Source: an uncultured Clostridia bacterium (GTDB lineage Bacteria > Bacillota > Clostridia > Christensenellales > CAG-917). From it: a DNA stretch of 64,000 bases. Positions 23,873-33,943 of the stretch are shown piece after piece. The notes beneath the pieces are model-generated. The model had not been told where the DNA came from, searched no databases, and worked only from the letters and a program-made list of their open reading frames with translations. Numbering within the stretch: the first letter of the stretch is position 1; the number at the start of each line of letters is the position of its first letter. A program made the translations under genes and the position numbers. The stretch is taken from assembly GCA_934277615.1 (NCBI GenBank), contig CAKQUV010000002.1, positions 98,855 to 162,854 of the forward strand, written 5' to 3'.

Positions 23873-24994
23873 ATGAACATCAGCATAATGCTAAAACCCG
23901 CGTCGTCAAATTGCAATTTGCGATGCAAATATTGTTTCTATCACTCGCTGTCGGAATGTCGCGAGATGCCTTCGCGCGGAATTATGAGCGAGGACACCCT
24001 GCGCGATGTTCTCAAAAAGGCGTTTGATTTTGCGGGTAACGACCACGTTATGCTGTCCTTTCAAGGCGGCGAACCTTTGCTTGCAGGCAAGGAGTTTTTT
24101 GTCAAACTTCACCAAATCGTGCGCGAACTCAACGTCCGCCGTGCGCCCGTGCATATAGGAGTGCAAACCAACGGAACGCTCATCGACGAGGAGTGGTGCG
24201 CCATATTCAAACGTGGCGGATATCTTATCGGACTTTCGCTTGACGGCGACGAAGAGGCAAACCGTCTTCGTATTGACGTAGGCGGGCAACCAACCTTTGA
24301 GCGAGTGTTGCAAAGTGCCAAATTATTGCAAAAATACGGCGTGGAATTCAATATTCTCACGGTGCTCACCAAGCAAGTGGCAAATAGGATAGACGATATA
24401 TACGCTTTTTTCAAAAAGCAAGGTTTTAAGCATTTGCAGTTTATCCCTATGCTCAAACCTCTTCGTCTTGACGAGAGCGGACAGCCTATATCCACCGAAA
24501 CGTACTCAGAGCCTTTTCCGAGCGAGAGCGAAAACTATTCGATGTCAAGCGACGATTATTTCGAGTTCTTGCAAAAGTGCTTTGCGCAGTACACCAAGGA
24601 TTTTGCAAGGGGCAGTTATACATCAATACGCCAGTTTGACAATTTCGTGCGCCTCGCGCATTTTGAAAACGCCGAGCAATGCGGTATGGAAGGGCATTGT
24701 TGCCACCAATTCGTCATCGAAGGCGACGGAGAGGTCTATCCGTGCGATTTCTATTGCATAGACTGCTACGATATGGGCAATATCAAGGGCACCGACTTTT
24801 TCGAGCTATCCAAGCACCCGATTGCCGTCAAGTTTATCAAAGAGAGTATGATAGTAGAGGACAAGTGCAAGCAATGCAGTTTCTTTGCGATGTGCAAAAA
24901 CGGTTGCAAGCGCGAGCGTATCGACATCGACAAATGCTCCGCCTACAAGAGGTTTTTCCCCCTTGCGTTGCCCTATATGAAACGCATGCGCTAA
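23873..24994 (+). CDS. radical SAM/SPASM enzyme, anaerobic sulfatase-maturating enzyme (anSME)-like
   Basis: KPASSNCNLRCKYCFY (CX3CX2C) near the N-terminus and C-terminal SPASM cysteines (CKQCSFFAMCKNGC). The track N-terminal extension (23783) reads through the repeat array and is rejected. No SD. Confidence 0.85.
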   Translation: MNISIMLKPASSNCNLRCKYCFYHSLSECREMPSRGIMSEDTLRDVLKKAFDFAGNDHVMLSFQGGEPLLAGKEFFVKLHQIVRELNVRRAPVHIGVQTNGTLIDEEWCAIFKRGGYLIGLSLDGDEEANRLRIDVGGQPTFERVLQSAKLLQKYGVEFNILTVLTKQVANRIDDIYAFFKKQGFKHLQFIPMLKPLRLDESGQPISTETYSEPFPSESENYSMSSDDYFEFLQKCFAQYTKDFARGSYTSIRQFDNFVRLAHFENAEQCGMEGHCCHQFVIEGDGEVYPCDFYCIDCYDMGNIKGTDFFELSKHPIAVKFIKESMIVEDKCKQCSFFAMCKNGCKRERIDIDKCSAYKRFFPLALPYMKRMR

Positions 24995-25047
24995 TAATTT
25001 GCGCCGAATGGAATAATACGTATAGAAGAACAAGGGAGAGGGGAGAT

Positions 25048-25582
25048 ATGCCAGACTTTTTTCCGAAAAATATTTTGAAAAAATGCAAATTGCTCTTTTC
25101 AATATTGAAGTGCGATAGTTTGGACAACGAGCAGTGCACGGTGTGGTGCGTCGACGGTGAGGACGTGTCGATACCGTACCGAGTGAAGTGCAAAGTGTTG
25201 TCCGATTTTGGATACAAGTTGCTTTCCAAAACGCAAAAAAATCGCATATTTGTGCGTGTTGACGAGAAATCACGACGGAAAAGTGAGAGGAAGAGCGGTC
25301 AAACAACTGCTTTCCGACTTTGACGAATATCCCGTTTGGGTATATCCGTATATTCTCAAATTGTGCGACGAGTACGTCGAGAATATTCTAAAATGCATTT
25401 ACGACGCACTGCCAAAACTCGATAACAAGCATTTTAGGCGCATTGTAATCGAAAATATGTCCAATATCAAGCTCGGCTATGAGCGTATGGTGAGTTATTG
25501 GAACGCGTACTATCGTGCCGATTATTGCAATATCGACGATTACGTCGGCAAAAAGATATACGACGCATTGCTCAATCCGTAA
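25048..25582 (+). pseudogene. HEAT-like-repeat hypothetical protein interrupted by a frameshift at an A7 run
   Basis: ATG 25048 has a GGGAGAGGGGAG SD. The frame switches at A7 (25235-25241), and removing one A gives a continuous 177-aa ORF. The downstream frame has no ATG/SD of its own (track start 25208 is TTG). Confidence 0.5.
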
Positions 25583-25632
25583 AGCGCGCCTTGCAAACTT
25601 ACCAAACTCGCAAATAAGAAAACTCCACATGT

Positions 25633-25671
25633 AAAAAGAAACGGCGGATAAAATATCCGTCGTTCCTTTTT
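25633..25671. terminator. bidirectional intrinsic terminator
   Basis: AAAAAgaa-ACGGCGGATA aaa TATCCGTCGT-tcc-TTTTT between convergent genes. Confidence 0.6.
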
Positions 25672-25698
25672 ATAGAAAAGGGGAGAATTGGTTATCTT

Positions 25699-28287
25699 TT
25701 ATTTTTTGGACGATACCACGATTTCGCCGTTTACAGCGTCCACCACAATGGTGTCGCCCTCGTCCATATTGCCTTGCAAGATTGCTCTTGCCACCTTTGT
25801 TTCCACGTTGCTTTCGATATAACGCTTCAATGGCCTTGCGCCGAAGGTTACGTCGTATCCGCCGTCAACGATGAGGTCTTTTGCGGATTGCGTGACTTCC
25901 AATTTGAGATTTTGCTTTTCAAGACGGTCGGAGAGTTTCTTAAGCAAGATGTCGATGATCTTGTACACGTTTTCTCTCGTGAGCGGAGTGAAGAGTACCG
26001 TATCGTCAAGTCTGTTGAGGAACTCGGGGCGGAAGGTTTGTTTGAGCAGTTTGTCGATTTGCTCTTTCGCCTCTTCTTTGATGTTGCCGTCCTTGTCGAT
26101 GTTGTCCAAAATTACGTTGCTACCGAGGTTGGACGTCAAGATGATGATTGTGTTCTTGAAGTTTACCGTTCTGCCTTGGCTGTCCGTAATTCTGCCGTCG
26201 TCAAGCACTTGGAGCAAGATGTTGAATACGTCGGGATGCGCCTTTTCGATTTCGTCGAATAGCACCACTGAGTAGGGCTTTCTTCTCACAGCCTCGGTGA
26301 GTTGACCGCCCTCGTCGTAACCTACGTATCCCGGAGGCGCACCTATAAGACGCGATACGCTGAATTTTTCCATATACTCCGTCATATCGATACGCACGAT
26401 GTTGCGCTCGTCGTCAAAGAGATAGGATGCCAGCGTTTTTGCAAGTTCCGTCTTGCCGACGCCCGTCGGACCGAGGAAGAGGAAGGAACCGATAGGACGA
26501 TTCTCATCCGAAATGCCCGCACGCGAACGGATAACCGCCTCGCTCACCGCCTTGACCGCCTCGTCCTGACCGATAACTCTCTTGTGAAGTTCGTCGGAGA
26601 GGTGGAGCAGTTTCTCTTTTTCGCTTTCCATAAGTTTGGTTACGGGGATACCCGTCCACTTTGCCACGATTTTTGCGATTTCGTCCGCGGTAACCTCGTC
26701 ACGGAGAAGTGTAGTGCCGTTTGCGGATTTCTTTTCCGCCTCTTCCAATTTCTTGGTGAGGGCAGGCAGTTCGCCGTATTGCAATTGCGCCGCTTTGCCG
26801 TAGTCGCTGCGACGTTTCGCTTCTTCGATTTGAAGATTTACACGGTCGATTTCGGCTTTGGTGTCTTGCACGCTATTGATTTCTTTCTTTTCGTTTTCCC
26901 ATTGCGCTTTCATTTCGTTGAACTTGTCGTGAAGTTCCGAAAGTTCTTTCTTTATGCTCTCTCTGCGATCGACGGACAATTTATCCGTTTCTTTTTCAAG
27001 CGCCATTTCCTCGATTTCGAGTTGCATAATCTTACGGCTGATAACGTCCATTTCGGTGGGCATGCTATCGATTTCCGTACGAATCATTGCGCACGCCTCG
27101 TCCACAAGGTCTATAGCCTTATCGGGGAGGAATCTGTCCGTGATGTATCTGTCGGAAAGCGTAGCCGCCGCAACAAGCGCTTGGTCGTGAATGCGCACGC
27201 CGTGGAAGATTTCGTATCTTTCTTTCAAACCACGCAGTATTGCAATAGTGTCCTCAACCGTCGGTTCGTTGACCATAACGGGTTGGAAACGCCTTTCGAG
27301 CGCAGGATCTTTTTCAATATATTTGCGGTATTCGTCAAGCGTTGTCGCGCCGATGCAGTGGAGTTCGCCCCTTGCAAGCATAGGTTTCAAGAGGTTGCCT
27401 GCGTCCATGCTGCCTTCCGTCTTGCCTGCGCCGACAATGGTGTGAAGCTCGTCGATGAAGAGCAGCATTCTGCCGTTTTGCTTCTTGATTTCGGTAAGAA
27501 CGGCTTTGAGTCTTTCTTCAAATTCGCCTCTGTATTTTGCGCCTGCGATAAGCGCGCCCATATCGAGAGCAAAGATGTGCTTGTCTTTAAGGCCTTCGGG
27601 AACGTCGCCTCTTACGATACGTTGCGCAAGCCCTTCCGCAATAGCGGTTTTGCCGACGCCAGCCTCACCGATAAGCACGGGGTTGTTCTTGGTCTTTCTC
27701 GAAAGAATACGTATAACGTTTCTTATTTCGTCATCACGACCTATGACGGGATCGAGCTTGCCTCTTGCCGCTCTTTCCACCATATCGTGTCCGTATTTGT
27801 TAAGCACGTCGTATGTGTCCTCGGGGCTATCGTTTGTTACTTTTGAGGTTTTAACTTGCGAAAGTGCGTCCATAAAGTCCTTTTTTGTAACTTTGCACTT
27901 TGCAAACGCATTTTTAAGAGCGGTTGTGGGATTGTCGAGAATAGCCTCGAATATATGTTCAACGCTCACGTAATCGTCGCCGTTCTTGCTTGCGATTTTT
28001 TCCGCTTGAGAGAGCATAAGCGACGCATCTTGGCTGAGATACACTTCGCCTGCGCCGTCGCCCGTAACAGACGAGAACGAGGATATAATCTTTTCGATTT
28101 CGCGCAAAAGCGCAGGTGCGTCGCCGCCGCATTTGGTTACGAGTTTGGGGATGAGCCCCTCATCGTCGTCCAAAAGCGCATAAGCGATGTGCTCCTTTGT
28201 CAGTTGTTGGTTGTGCCTTTCCAGGGCTATATTTTGCGCTCTGTTGATTGCGTCGAGCGCCTTCTTTGTAAATTTGTTGGTGTCCAT
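25699..28287 (-). CDS. clpB: ATP-dependent chaperone/disaggregase ClpB
   Basis: 862 aa with two AAA+ modules (GEAGVGKT and GPTGVGKT), a long middle coiled coil and an N-terminal Clp repeat domain. AAGGAGG SD. Confidence 0.95.
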   Translation of the reverse strand: MDTNKFTKKALDAINRAQNIALERHNQQLTKEHIAYALLDDDEGLIPKLVTKCGGDAPALLREIEKIISSFSSVTGDGAGEVYLSQDASLMLSQAEKIASKNGDDYVSVEHIFEAILDNPTTALKNAFAKCKVTKKDFMDALSQVKTSKVTNDSPEDTYDVLNKYGHDMVERAARGKLDPVIGRDDEIRNVIRILSRKTKNNPVLIGEAGVGKTAIAEGLAQRIVRGDVPEGLKDKHIFALDMGALIAGAKYRGEFEERLKAVLTEIKKQNGRMLLFIDELHTIVGAGKTEGSMDAGNLLKPMLARGELHCIGATTLDEYRKYIEKDPALERRFQPVMVNEPTVEDTIAILRGLKERYEIFHGVRIHDQALVAAATLSDRYITDRFLPDKAIDLVDEACAMIRTEIDSMPTEMDVISRKIMQLEIEEMALEKETDKLSVDRRESIKKELSELHDKFNEMKAQWENEKKEINSVQDTKAEIDRVNLQIEEAKRRSDYGKAAQLQYGELPALTKKLEEAEKKSANGTTLLRDEVTADEIAKIVAKWTGIPVTKLMESEKEKLLHLSDELHKRVIGQDEAVKAVSEAVIRSRAGISDENRPIGSFLFLGPTGVGKTELAKTLASYLFDDERNIVRIDMTEYMEKFSVSRLIGAPPGYVGYDEGGQLTEAVRRKPYSVVLFDEIEKAHPDVFNILLQVLDDGRITDSQGRTVNFKNTIIILTSNLGSNVILDNIDKDGNIKEEAKEQIDKLLKQTFRPEFLNRLDDTVLFTPLTRENVYKIIDILLKKLSDRLEKQNLKLEVTQSAKDLIVDGGYDVTFGARPLKRYIESNVETKVARAILQGNMDEGDTIVVDAVNGEIVVSSKK

Positions 28288-28354
28288 ATCAAAAACCTCC
28301 TTTTCAATATGTTATACTTGATATCAGGTGCTTGGCAATCTTTTTCTTTGACTG

Positions 28355-28381
28355 TTAGCACTCTTTATCTTCGATTGCTAA
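28355..28381. promoter_or_regulatory. CIRCE operator (HrcA binding site)
   Basis: TTAGCACTC-N9-GATTGCTAA against the consensus TTAGCACTC-N9-GAGTGCTAA (1 mismatch). It abuts the -10 of the clpB promoter. Confidence 0.7.
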
Positions 28382-28408
28382 TTATAGCACGCATTTTTCA
28401 TTTGTCAA
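28381..28408 (-). promoter_or_regulatory. clpB promoter
   Basis: Minus strand: TTGACA (28403-28408), 16-nt spacer, TGcTATAAT (-10 at 28381-28386). Confidence 0.6.
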
Positions 28409-28430
28409 TAGATTTTTGACTATTTTTTGC

Positions 28431-28470
28431 AAAAAAAATCAAGCCTTGCGATATAGCGACGCAAGGCTTG
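28431..28470 (-). terminator. intrinsic terminator of the TetR gene
   Basis: Minus strand: CAAGCCTTGCG...CGCAAGGCTTG followed by T8. Confidence 0.7.
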
Positions 28471-28497
28471 AAAAGTTATAGATATTTTGATGGCTAT

Positions 28498-29079
28498 TTA
28501 TTGTTTTTTCACAAAATAATGAGCGGCGATAGGGCAGGATGCGTATGAGATAAACTCTTCCTTTGAGTATTTTTCCGGGTTGTCTATGCACCAAAGCGCA
28601 GTGCTGAGCATGCCGCCGGCAATGAAGTTTGCGATGAACTGCAGAGGCACTTTTATCTCATACGTGTCCTTGTATTTGGACAACTGATACTTGACGGAGT
28701 GCGCGATTGAGTCCTGAATGGTGCTCACCACTTTGCCGCCACGATTGTTCTTTATGATGTTTGCGATGTGATTGTGTTGGTCGAAGAAGAAATCCACCGC
28801 CATAATCATCAACGAGTTGATAGTTTCATTGGGTGTTGTGAGTTTTGTGTCCTTGGTAAACTTGGCGTAAAGGTCGTCCTTAAGTTCCTCTAGCGCAAAC
28901 GAGAGAAGGTGATATTTGTCCTCGAAGTGCGCATAGAACGTCGCGCGATTGACCATTGCCTTGTTGCAAAGGTCTATGACGCTGATTTTTTCGATGGACT
29001 CTTCTTCCATCATATCGAGCAGCGTGTTGGACAGGAGTTTCCTCGTACGGATAATCCTCAAATCTTCCTTGGTCGTCAT
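28498..29079 (-). CDS. TetR/AcrR family transcriptional regulator
   Basis: N-terminal HTH (ISVIDLCNKAMVNRATFYAHFEDKYHLL). 193 aa. Divergent from the ABC exporter pair. Confidence 0.85.
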   Translation of the reverse strand: MTTKEDLRIIRTRKLLSNTLLDMMEEESIEKISVIDLCNKAMVNRATFYAHFEDKYHLLSFALEELKDDLYAKFTKDTKLTTPNETINSLMIMAVDFFFDQHNHIANIIKNNRGGKVVSTIQDSIAHSVKYQLSKYKDTYEIKVPLQFIANFIAGGMLSTALWCIDNPEKYSKEEFISYASCPIAAHYFVKKQ

Positions 29080-29309
29080 ATTTGTGTCCCCTTATTTGTA
29101 TTGACGTATGTATTATTACACAAAAACGCGATTTTGTCAAGATATCTCACACGTGTGCCGATACAAGACAATTCATTCGAATATACATGCGATATTCCAT
29201 GCAAGCGCGCCAAGGCGCAAAACAACTTTTATTTTTGTCGAATTTTAGGAGCACGACATATGGAATATTAAAATAAAAATTAATATGTACATTATTTTTT
29301 TATAATTGG

Positions 29310-29338
29310 TTGACAATTGTTTTCAATAATTGTAAATA
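29310..29338 (+). promoter_or_regulatory. candidate promoter with overlapping imperfect palindrome (possible TetR operator)
   Basis: TTGACA (29310-29315), 17-nt spacer, TAAATA (29333-29338). The palindrome ACAATTGTTTTCAATAATTGT spans the spacer. Confidence 0.4.
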
Positions 29339-29393
29339 GAATAGTGAGAACAGAATTATAGACAGTATCGCATTTCGCGATTTTCAGGTGATT

Positions 29394-31247
29394 ATGGCAC
29401 AAGAAAGAATTAAAACTCCAAAATCCAAAGGCGGATGGAAGAAGATGGCAGGGTGCATCGGCGAATACAAGGTGCCCACGATTTTCACATCCGTTTTGGT
29501 GGCGTGCGAGGTGTTGTTCGAGGTCTTTATACCGCTCATAATGGCGCAAATCGTCAACGTCGGCATGGACACAACGATAGACTCGTTCACCTTTACGATT
29601 GAACTTGGCAAAATCAAATGGATTTGGTTTACGCTTGCGGACAGAAAGATGTTCATCCTGGCGTGCGGCGGACTTATGATTGCAATGGCGCTCATATCTC
29701 TTTTGTTCGGCGTAACGTCGGGCAGACTTGCCGCAAAAGCGTCCACGGGTTTTGCAAAGAACTTGCGCAAAAAGCTCTTTTACAAAATTGAGAATTTCTC
29801 CTTTGCAAACCTTGACCGTTTCAACACCGCAAGCCTCGTTACAAGACTTACGACGGACGTAACCAACATACAGATGTCCTATCAGGTTGTATTCCGTATG
29901 CTCGTTCGCTCTCCGGTTATGCTCATACTCGCCATCTGCATGGCGGTATCCATAAGCCCGGATTTGTCCGTAATATTCGCAGTCGCTTTGCCGATACTTC
30001 TTATCGGTATCATCATCGGCGTAAAAGTCGTTTTCCCGAGATTTGAGAAAATGCTTCACAAGTACGACGATATGAACGAGTCCACGCAAGAAAACCTTAT
30101 CGGTATCCGCGCGGTCAAAGCGTTCGTAAGAGAGGACAACGAGATTGCCAAATTCAAAAAAGTCAGTTCCACCGTTCAAAAATTGCAGTTGTCGGCAGAG
30201 CGCATTATCGTCATCATGTTCCCGTTTATGCAACTTCTCGTCTACGGATGCTTGATTTGCGTGGCGTGGTTCGGCGGCAACGATATCATTATCGGCAAAA
30301 TGCATCTTGGCGATTTCACGGCGTTTTTGAGCTACATAATGCAGATTCTGATGTCGCTTATGATGGTCGCAATGGGCTTTATGACCATCGTTATGTCGCG
30401 CGCTTCGCTTGACCGTATCGTCGAAGTTTTGGACGAAAAGATCGACATCGAGGACGGCGAGAACGCTCAGGACATCCAAGTCGCAGACGGCAGTATAGAC
30501 TTTGACAACGTGGATTTCTCTTATTCCAAATCGCCGGACGTTCTCAATCTCGAGAATATCGACCTTCACATAAAGAGCGGCGAAACGATAGGAATCATTG
30601 GCGGCACGGGTTCGGCAAAAACCACGCTCGTGCAACTTATACCTCGTCTTTACGACACGCTTGACGGCGAAGTAAAGGTTGGCGGAGTCAACGTCAAGGA
30701 TTACAAACTTGACAATTTGCGCTCGGCAATCGGCATGGTGTTGCAAAAGAACGTGCTTTTCAGCGGCACAATCAAGCAAAACTTGCTTTGGGGCAACCCG
30801 AACGCAACGGATGAGGAAGTTGAGCACGCAGCCAAAGCGGCGCAAGCGCACGATTTTATCATGTCTTTCCCCGACGGCTATCAGACGGAACTCGGACAGG
30901 GCGGCGTCAACGTATCAGGCGGACAAAAGCAACGTCTTTGTATTGCGCGCGCGCTTTTGAAACATCCCAAAATTATGATTTTGGACGACTCTACTTCAGC
31001 AGTCGATACCGCAACCGACGCAAAGATAAGAAGCGGTCTTAAGAGCGAATTCGGCGATACCACCGTTATTATAATCGCGCAGCGTATATCTTCCGTTGAG
31101 AACGCGGACAGAATTATTGTCATGAACGACGGCAAGATTGACGCAATCGGCACGCATGAAGAACTTATCGCAACCAACAATATCTATCAAGACGTATATA
31201 ATTCCCAAAAGAAGGGATCGGACGAGGAGGTGAGCGTTAATGCCTAA
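29394..31247 (+). CDS. ABC exporter, fused permease/ATPase (type I exporter half-transporter A)
   Basis: Six-TM domain plus an NBD with GGTGSAKTT Walker A, SGGQKQR signature and ILDDSTSAVD Walker B. Alternative GTG start at 29388. Confidence 0.9.
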   Translation: MAQERIKTPKSKGGWKKMAGCIGEYKVPTIFTSVLVACEVLFEVFIPLIMAQIVNVGMDTTIDSFTFTIELGKIKWIWFTLADRKMFILACGGLMIAMALISLLFGVTSGRLAAKASTGFAKNLRKKLFYKIENFSFANLDRFNTASLVTRLTTDVTNIQMSYQVVFRMLVRSPVMLILAICMAVSISPDLSVIFAVALPILLIGIIIGVKVVFPRFEKMLHKYDDMNESTQENLIGIRAVKAFVREDNEIAKFKKVSSTVQKLQLSAERIIVIMFPFMQLLVYGCLICVAWFGGNDIIIGKMHLGDFTAFLSYIMQILMSLMMVAMGFMTIVMSRASLDRIVEVLDEKIDIEDGENAQDIQVADGSIDFDNVDFSYSKSPDVLNLENIDLHIKSGETIGIIGGTGSAKTTLVQLIPRLYDTLDGEVKVGGVNVKDYKLDNLRSAIGMVLQKNVLFSGTIKQNLLWGNPNATDEEVEHAAKAAQAHDFIMSFPDGYQTELGQGGVNVSGGQKQRLCIARALLKHPKIMILDDSTSAVDTATDAKIRSGLKSEFGDTTVIIIAQRISSVENADRIIVMNDGKIDAIGTHEELIATNNIYQDVYNSQKKGSDEEVSVNA

Positions 31248-33210
31248 AACAAAGAAAAACACGGCAAATCCCGCAATGCACGGCAAGAATTTCCGCGCCC
31301 AAAGCCCGTCCAAGACTTTCAAGCGAATACTAACTTATCTCAAGCCCTACACGGGTATGTTGATCGGCGCGTTGATTTGCATGATCGCAAACGTCGTCTG
31401 CAACATCGCAGGCACGTTTATGCTCGGCTCCGTCATTGTCAACAACTACATTCTTCCGCTTGCGTATAAGTTTAATAACTTGGTGACAACCGACCCCGAC
31501 ATCATTGCAAGGTCTGCGGAAATCACCATTCAGAACTTCGGCGGCATAGTCGGCGTTATGGCGGCAATGTACGTCGCCGGCGCAAGCTTGCACTATGTAT
31601 ATAACTACATCATTGTAAAAGTTACTACTCAAGTGCTTCAAAACGTCCGCGACGAGATGTTTGAAAAGATGGAAAAATTGCCCATTCGCTACTTCGACAC
31701 TCACACGCACGGCGACATAATGAGCCTTTACACCAACGACACGGACACTTTGCGCGAGTTGCTCTCCAACGGCATCCCCAACCTCATATCCAACGTTATG
31801 ACGATAGTGGGTATGTTCATCGCAATGATGGCAACGTCGTGGGTGCTTGCGCTTTGCTCAGTCGCAATGATAGTCGTTATGCTGTTTATAATGAAGTACA
31901 TCGGCGGCAAGAGCGGCAAGTATTTTGTCGGACAACAACGCCAGACGGGCGCAATCAACGGCTTTATAGAAGAACATATCGACGGTATGAAGGTTGTCAA
32001 AGTGTTCTGCCACGAGGACGCGGAAAAAGAAGATTTCGACGGTTTCAACGAACGTCTTTTCCACGATTCCGACAAAGCGCACAAATACGCAAATATCTTG
32101 TTCCCGATTATGGGCAACTTGTCCTACGTATCTTATGCAATCACCGCAATCGTCGGCACGATTTTGGCAATAAGCGGTACGGGCGCGGTGGCGCTTTCCT
32201 GGGGCGGTTTGGTATCCTTCATGCAGTTCTCTCGTCAATTCAGCAATCCGCTTGCGCAAATCGCTCAACAAATGAACGGCGTTCTCATGGCGCTTGCAGG
32301 AGCGGAACGTATCTTCGAGCTTATCGACCAAGAACCCGAAAAAGACGAAGGCTACGTTACTTTGGTCAACGCAAAAGAGGACGAGAACGGCAACATTGTC
32401 GAAACTCCCGAATATACGGGTATGTGGGCTTGGAAACACTTCCACAAAGCGGAAGGCACAACCACCTACGTCAAGTGGCAAGGTAAAGTGCAGTTTGATG
32501 ACGTAACGTTTGGATACGTGCCTGAAAAGACCGTGCTCAAACACGTTACCATGTACGCATTGCCCGGACAAAAAGTCGCGCTTGTCGGCTCAACAGGCGC
32601 AGGCAAAACAACCATAACCAACCTTATCAACCGCTTCTACGACGTGGAGGACGGCAAGATAAGATACGACGATATCAACATCACCAAAATCAACAAGAAC
32701 GATTTGCGCCGCTCCATGGCAATGGTTTTGCAGGATACGCACCTTTTCACGGGTACCGTTGCGGACAATATCCGCTTTGGCAAACTTGACGCAACTGACG
32801 AGGAAGTTGAAAACGCCGCAAAACTCGCCAATGCCGACTATTTCATCCGCCACTTGCCCGAGGGCTATAACACAATGCTCACAGGCGACGGCGAGAATTT
32901 GTCGCAAGGTCAACGTCAGCTCCTCGCAATCGCGCGCGCGGCAATTGCCAATCCGCCCGTGCTTATTTTGGACGAGGCAACCAGCTCCATCGACACTCGC
33001 ACCGAGAAACTCATCGAGCAAGGCATGGACAAACTCATGCAAGGTCGCACCGTCTTTGTCATCGCCCATAGACTTTCCACCGTCCGCAACGCCGACGTTA
33101 TCTGCGTTCTCGAACACGGTGAAATCATCGAACGCGGCAATCACGAGCAGTTAATCGCTAAACGCGGTAAGTACTATCAACTCTACACCGGCGCTTTCGA
33201 ACTTGAATAA
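31240..33210 (+). CDS. ABC exporter, fused permease/ATPase (half-transporter B)
   Basis: GSTGAGKTT, SQGQRQL and ILDEATSSID motifs. 8-nt overlap with the upstream half-transporter gene suggests a heterodimer. The stop codon lies inside palindromic element copy 3. Confidence 0.9.
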   Translation: MPKTKKNTANPAMHGKNFRAQSPSKTFKRILTYLKPYTGMLIGALICMIANVVCNIAGTFMLGSVIVNNYILPLAYKFNNLVTTDPDIIARSAEITIQNFGGIVGVMAAMYVAGASLHYVYNYIIVKVTTQVLQNVRDEMFEKMEKLPIRYFDTHTHGDIMSLYTNDTDTLRELLSNGIPNLISNVMTIVGMFIAMMATSWVLALCSVAMIVVMLFIMKYIGGKSGKYFVGQQRQTGAINGFIEEHIDGMKVVKVFCHEDAEKEDFDGFNERLFHDSDKAHKYANILFPIMGNLSYVSYAITAIVGTILAISGTGAVALSWGGLVSFMQFSRQFSNPLAQIAQQMNGVLMALAGAERIFELIDQEPEKDEGYVTLVNAKEDENGNIVETPEYTGMWAWKHFHKAEGTTTYVKWQGKVQFDDVTFGYVPEKTVLKHVTMYALPGQKVALVGSTGAGKTTITNLINRFYDVEDGKIRYDDINITKINKNDLRRSMAMVLQDTHLFTGTVADNIRFGKLDATDEEVENAAKLANADYFIRHLPEGYNTMLTGDGENLSQGQRQLLAIARAAIANPPVLILDEATSSIDTRTEKLIEQGMDKLMQGRTVFVIAHRLSTVRNADVICVLEHGEIIERGNHEQLIAKRGKYYQLYTGAFELE

Positions 33211-33331
33211 GCCCCACAACGGCAAATAACTGCGTCAGAGCCGTCCGCCCGTCAACTCATTTACGCTTAGTAAATTAGGGTTGCCGTTCGGACGGCTTTT
33301 CCGCGCTCTTCATCTCAATATTGGCTTATTC
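33205..33331 (+). repeat. ~125-bp imperfect palindrome with attC-like geometry, copy 3 (right box decayed)
   Basis: GAATAAGCC...AAATAAC(33224-33230)-tgcgtc-AGAGCCGTCCGCCCGTCAACTCATTTACGCTTAGTAAATTAGGGTTGCCGTTCGGACGGCT...GCTCTTC(33305-33311)...GGCTTATTC. The outer arms GAATAAGCC/GGCTTATTC pair. Confidence 0.75.
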
Positions 33332-33360
33332 GCGCTCGAAAGATAAAGTATTGTCATAAC

Positions 33361-33887
33361 TCCTCAAAATACAATAACCCCCTCTCTCCGGACACGCCGG
33401 CATTTCTCGAAACAACTATTAAATGCAATTTTCCCTTTCCTCAAGGTGTTTGGACTTCGGCGTTTGCGCACCGCAATCCGCCTCGTTCGCTTTGGCTACG
33501 ACACATTCACCGAATGTGTCGCTTAACGCGTCGCGCCCATATTCCGTTCCCCCTCTGCGCTTTGCTTGAGGGAACCCACGACGACCGCGCAGCGGGGGAC
33601 AACTCGACGCGATTGACTTCGTAACAATCGCTATTCCGTCGCTACGCTCCTTACGGTACTCGCATAGAAAAGTATCGTTCTCTTGTTATGCCACTTCGCC
33701 TGCGTGGCGGCTGCGCAACAAAATGCCACGCATTCTCGTACTATTCATCAAGCTCGACGCTCGGTGCGGTCGGCGCCTTGCGCCTCCAACTTCGAATAAG
33801 CACATTCCGTTAATAAGTACTCTCCGAATGAGTGTGCGTTTGGATAAGGCTACACCTTCCACAATTATTAATTATTAATTATTAATT
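33361..33887 (-). repeat. mosaic hairpin-rich intergenic element, copy 2 of 3 (inverted, lacks the ~180-nt internal module)
   Basis: The reverse complement aligns with 5548-6240 and 56936-57535, including the AT-rich leader (33863-33887). The module GCGTCACACACAAGGC...GTACAAGCGACTGCGC is missing. Confidence 0.75.
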
Positions 33888-33908
33888 CAAATATAACCTA
33901 ATCCTATC

Positions 33909-33937
33909 TTGAAAACACATTACACCTATGCTACAAT
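33909..33937 (+). promoter_or_regulatory. promoter of a probably leaderless mRNA
   Basis: TTGAAA (33909-33914), 17-nt spacer, TACAAT (33932-33937). The ATG at 33944 is only 6 nt downstream and has no SD. Confidence 0.5.
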
Positions 33938-33943
33938 ACTTTT

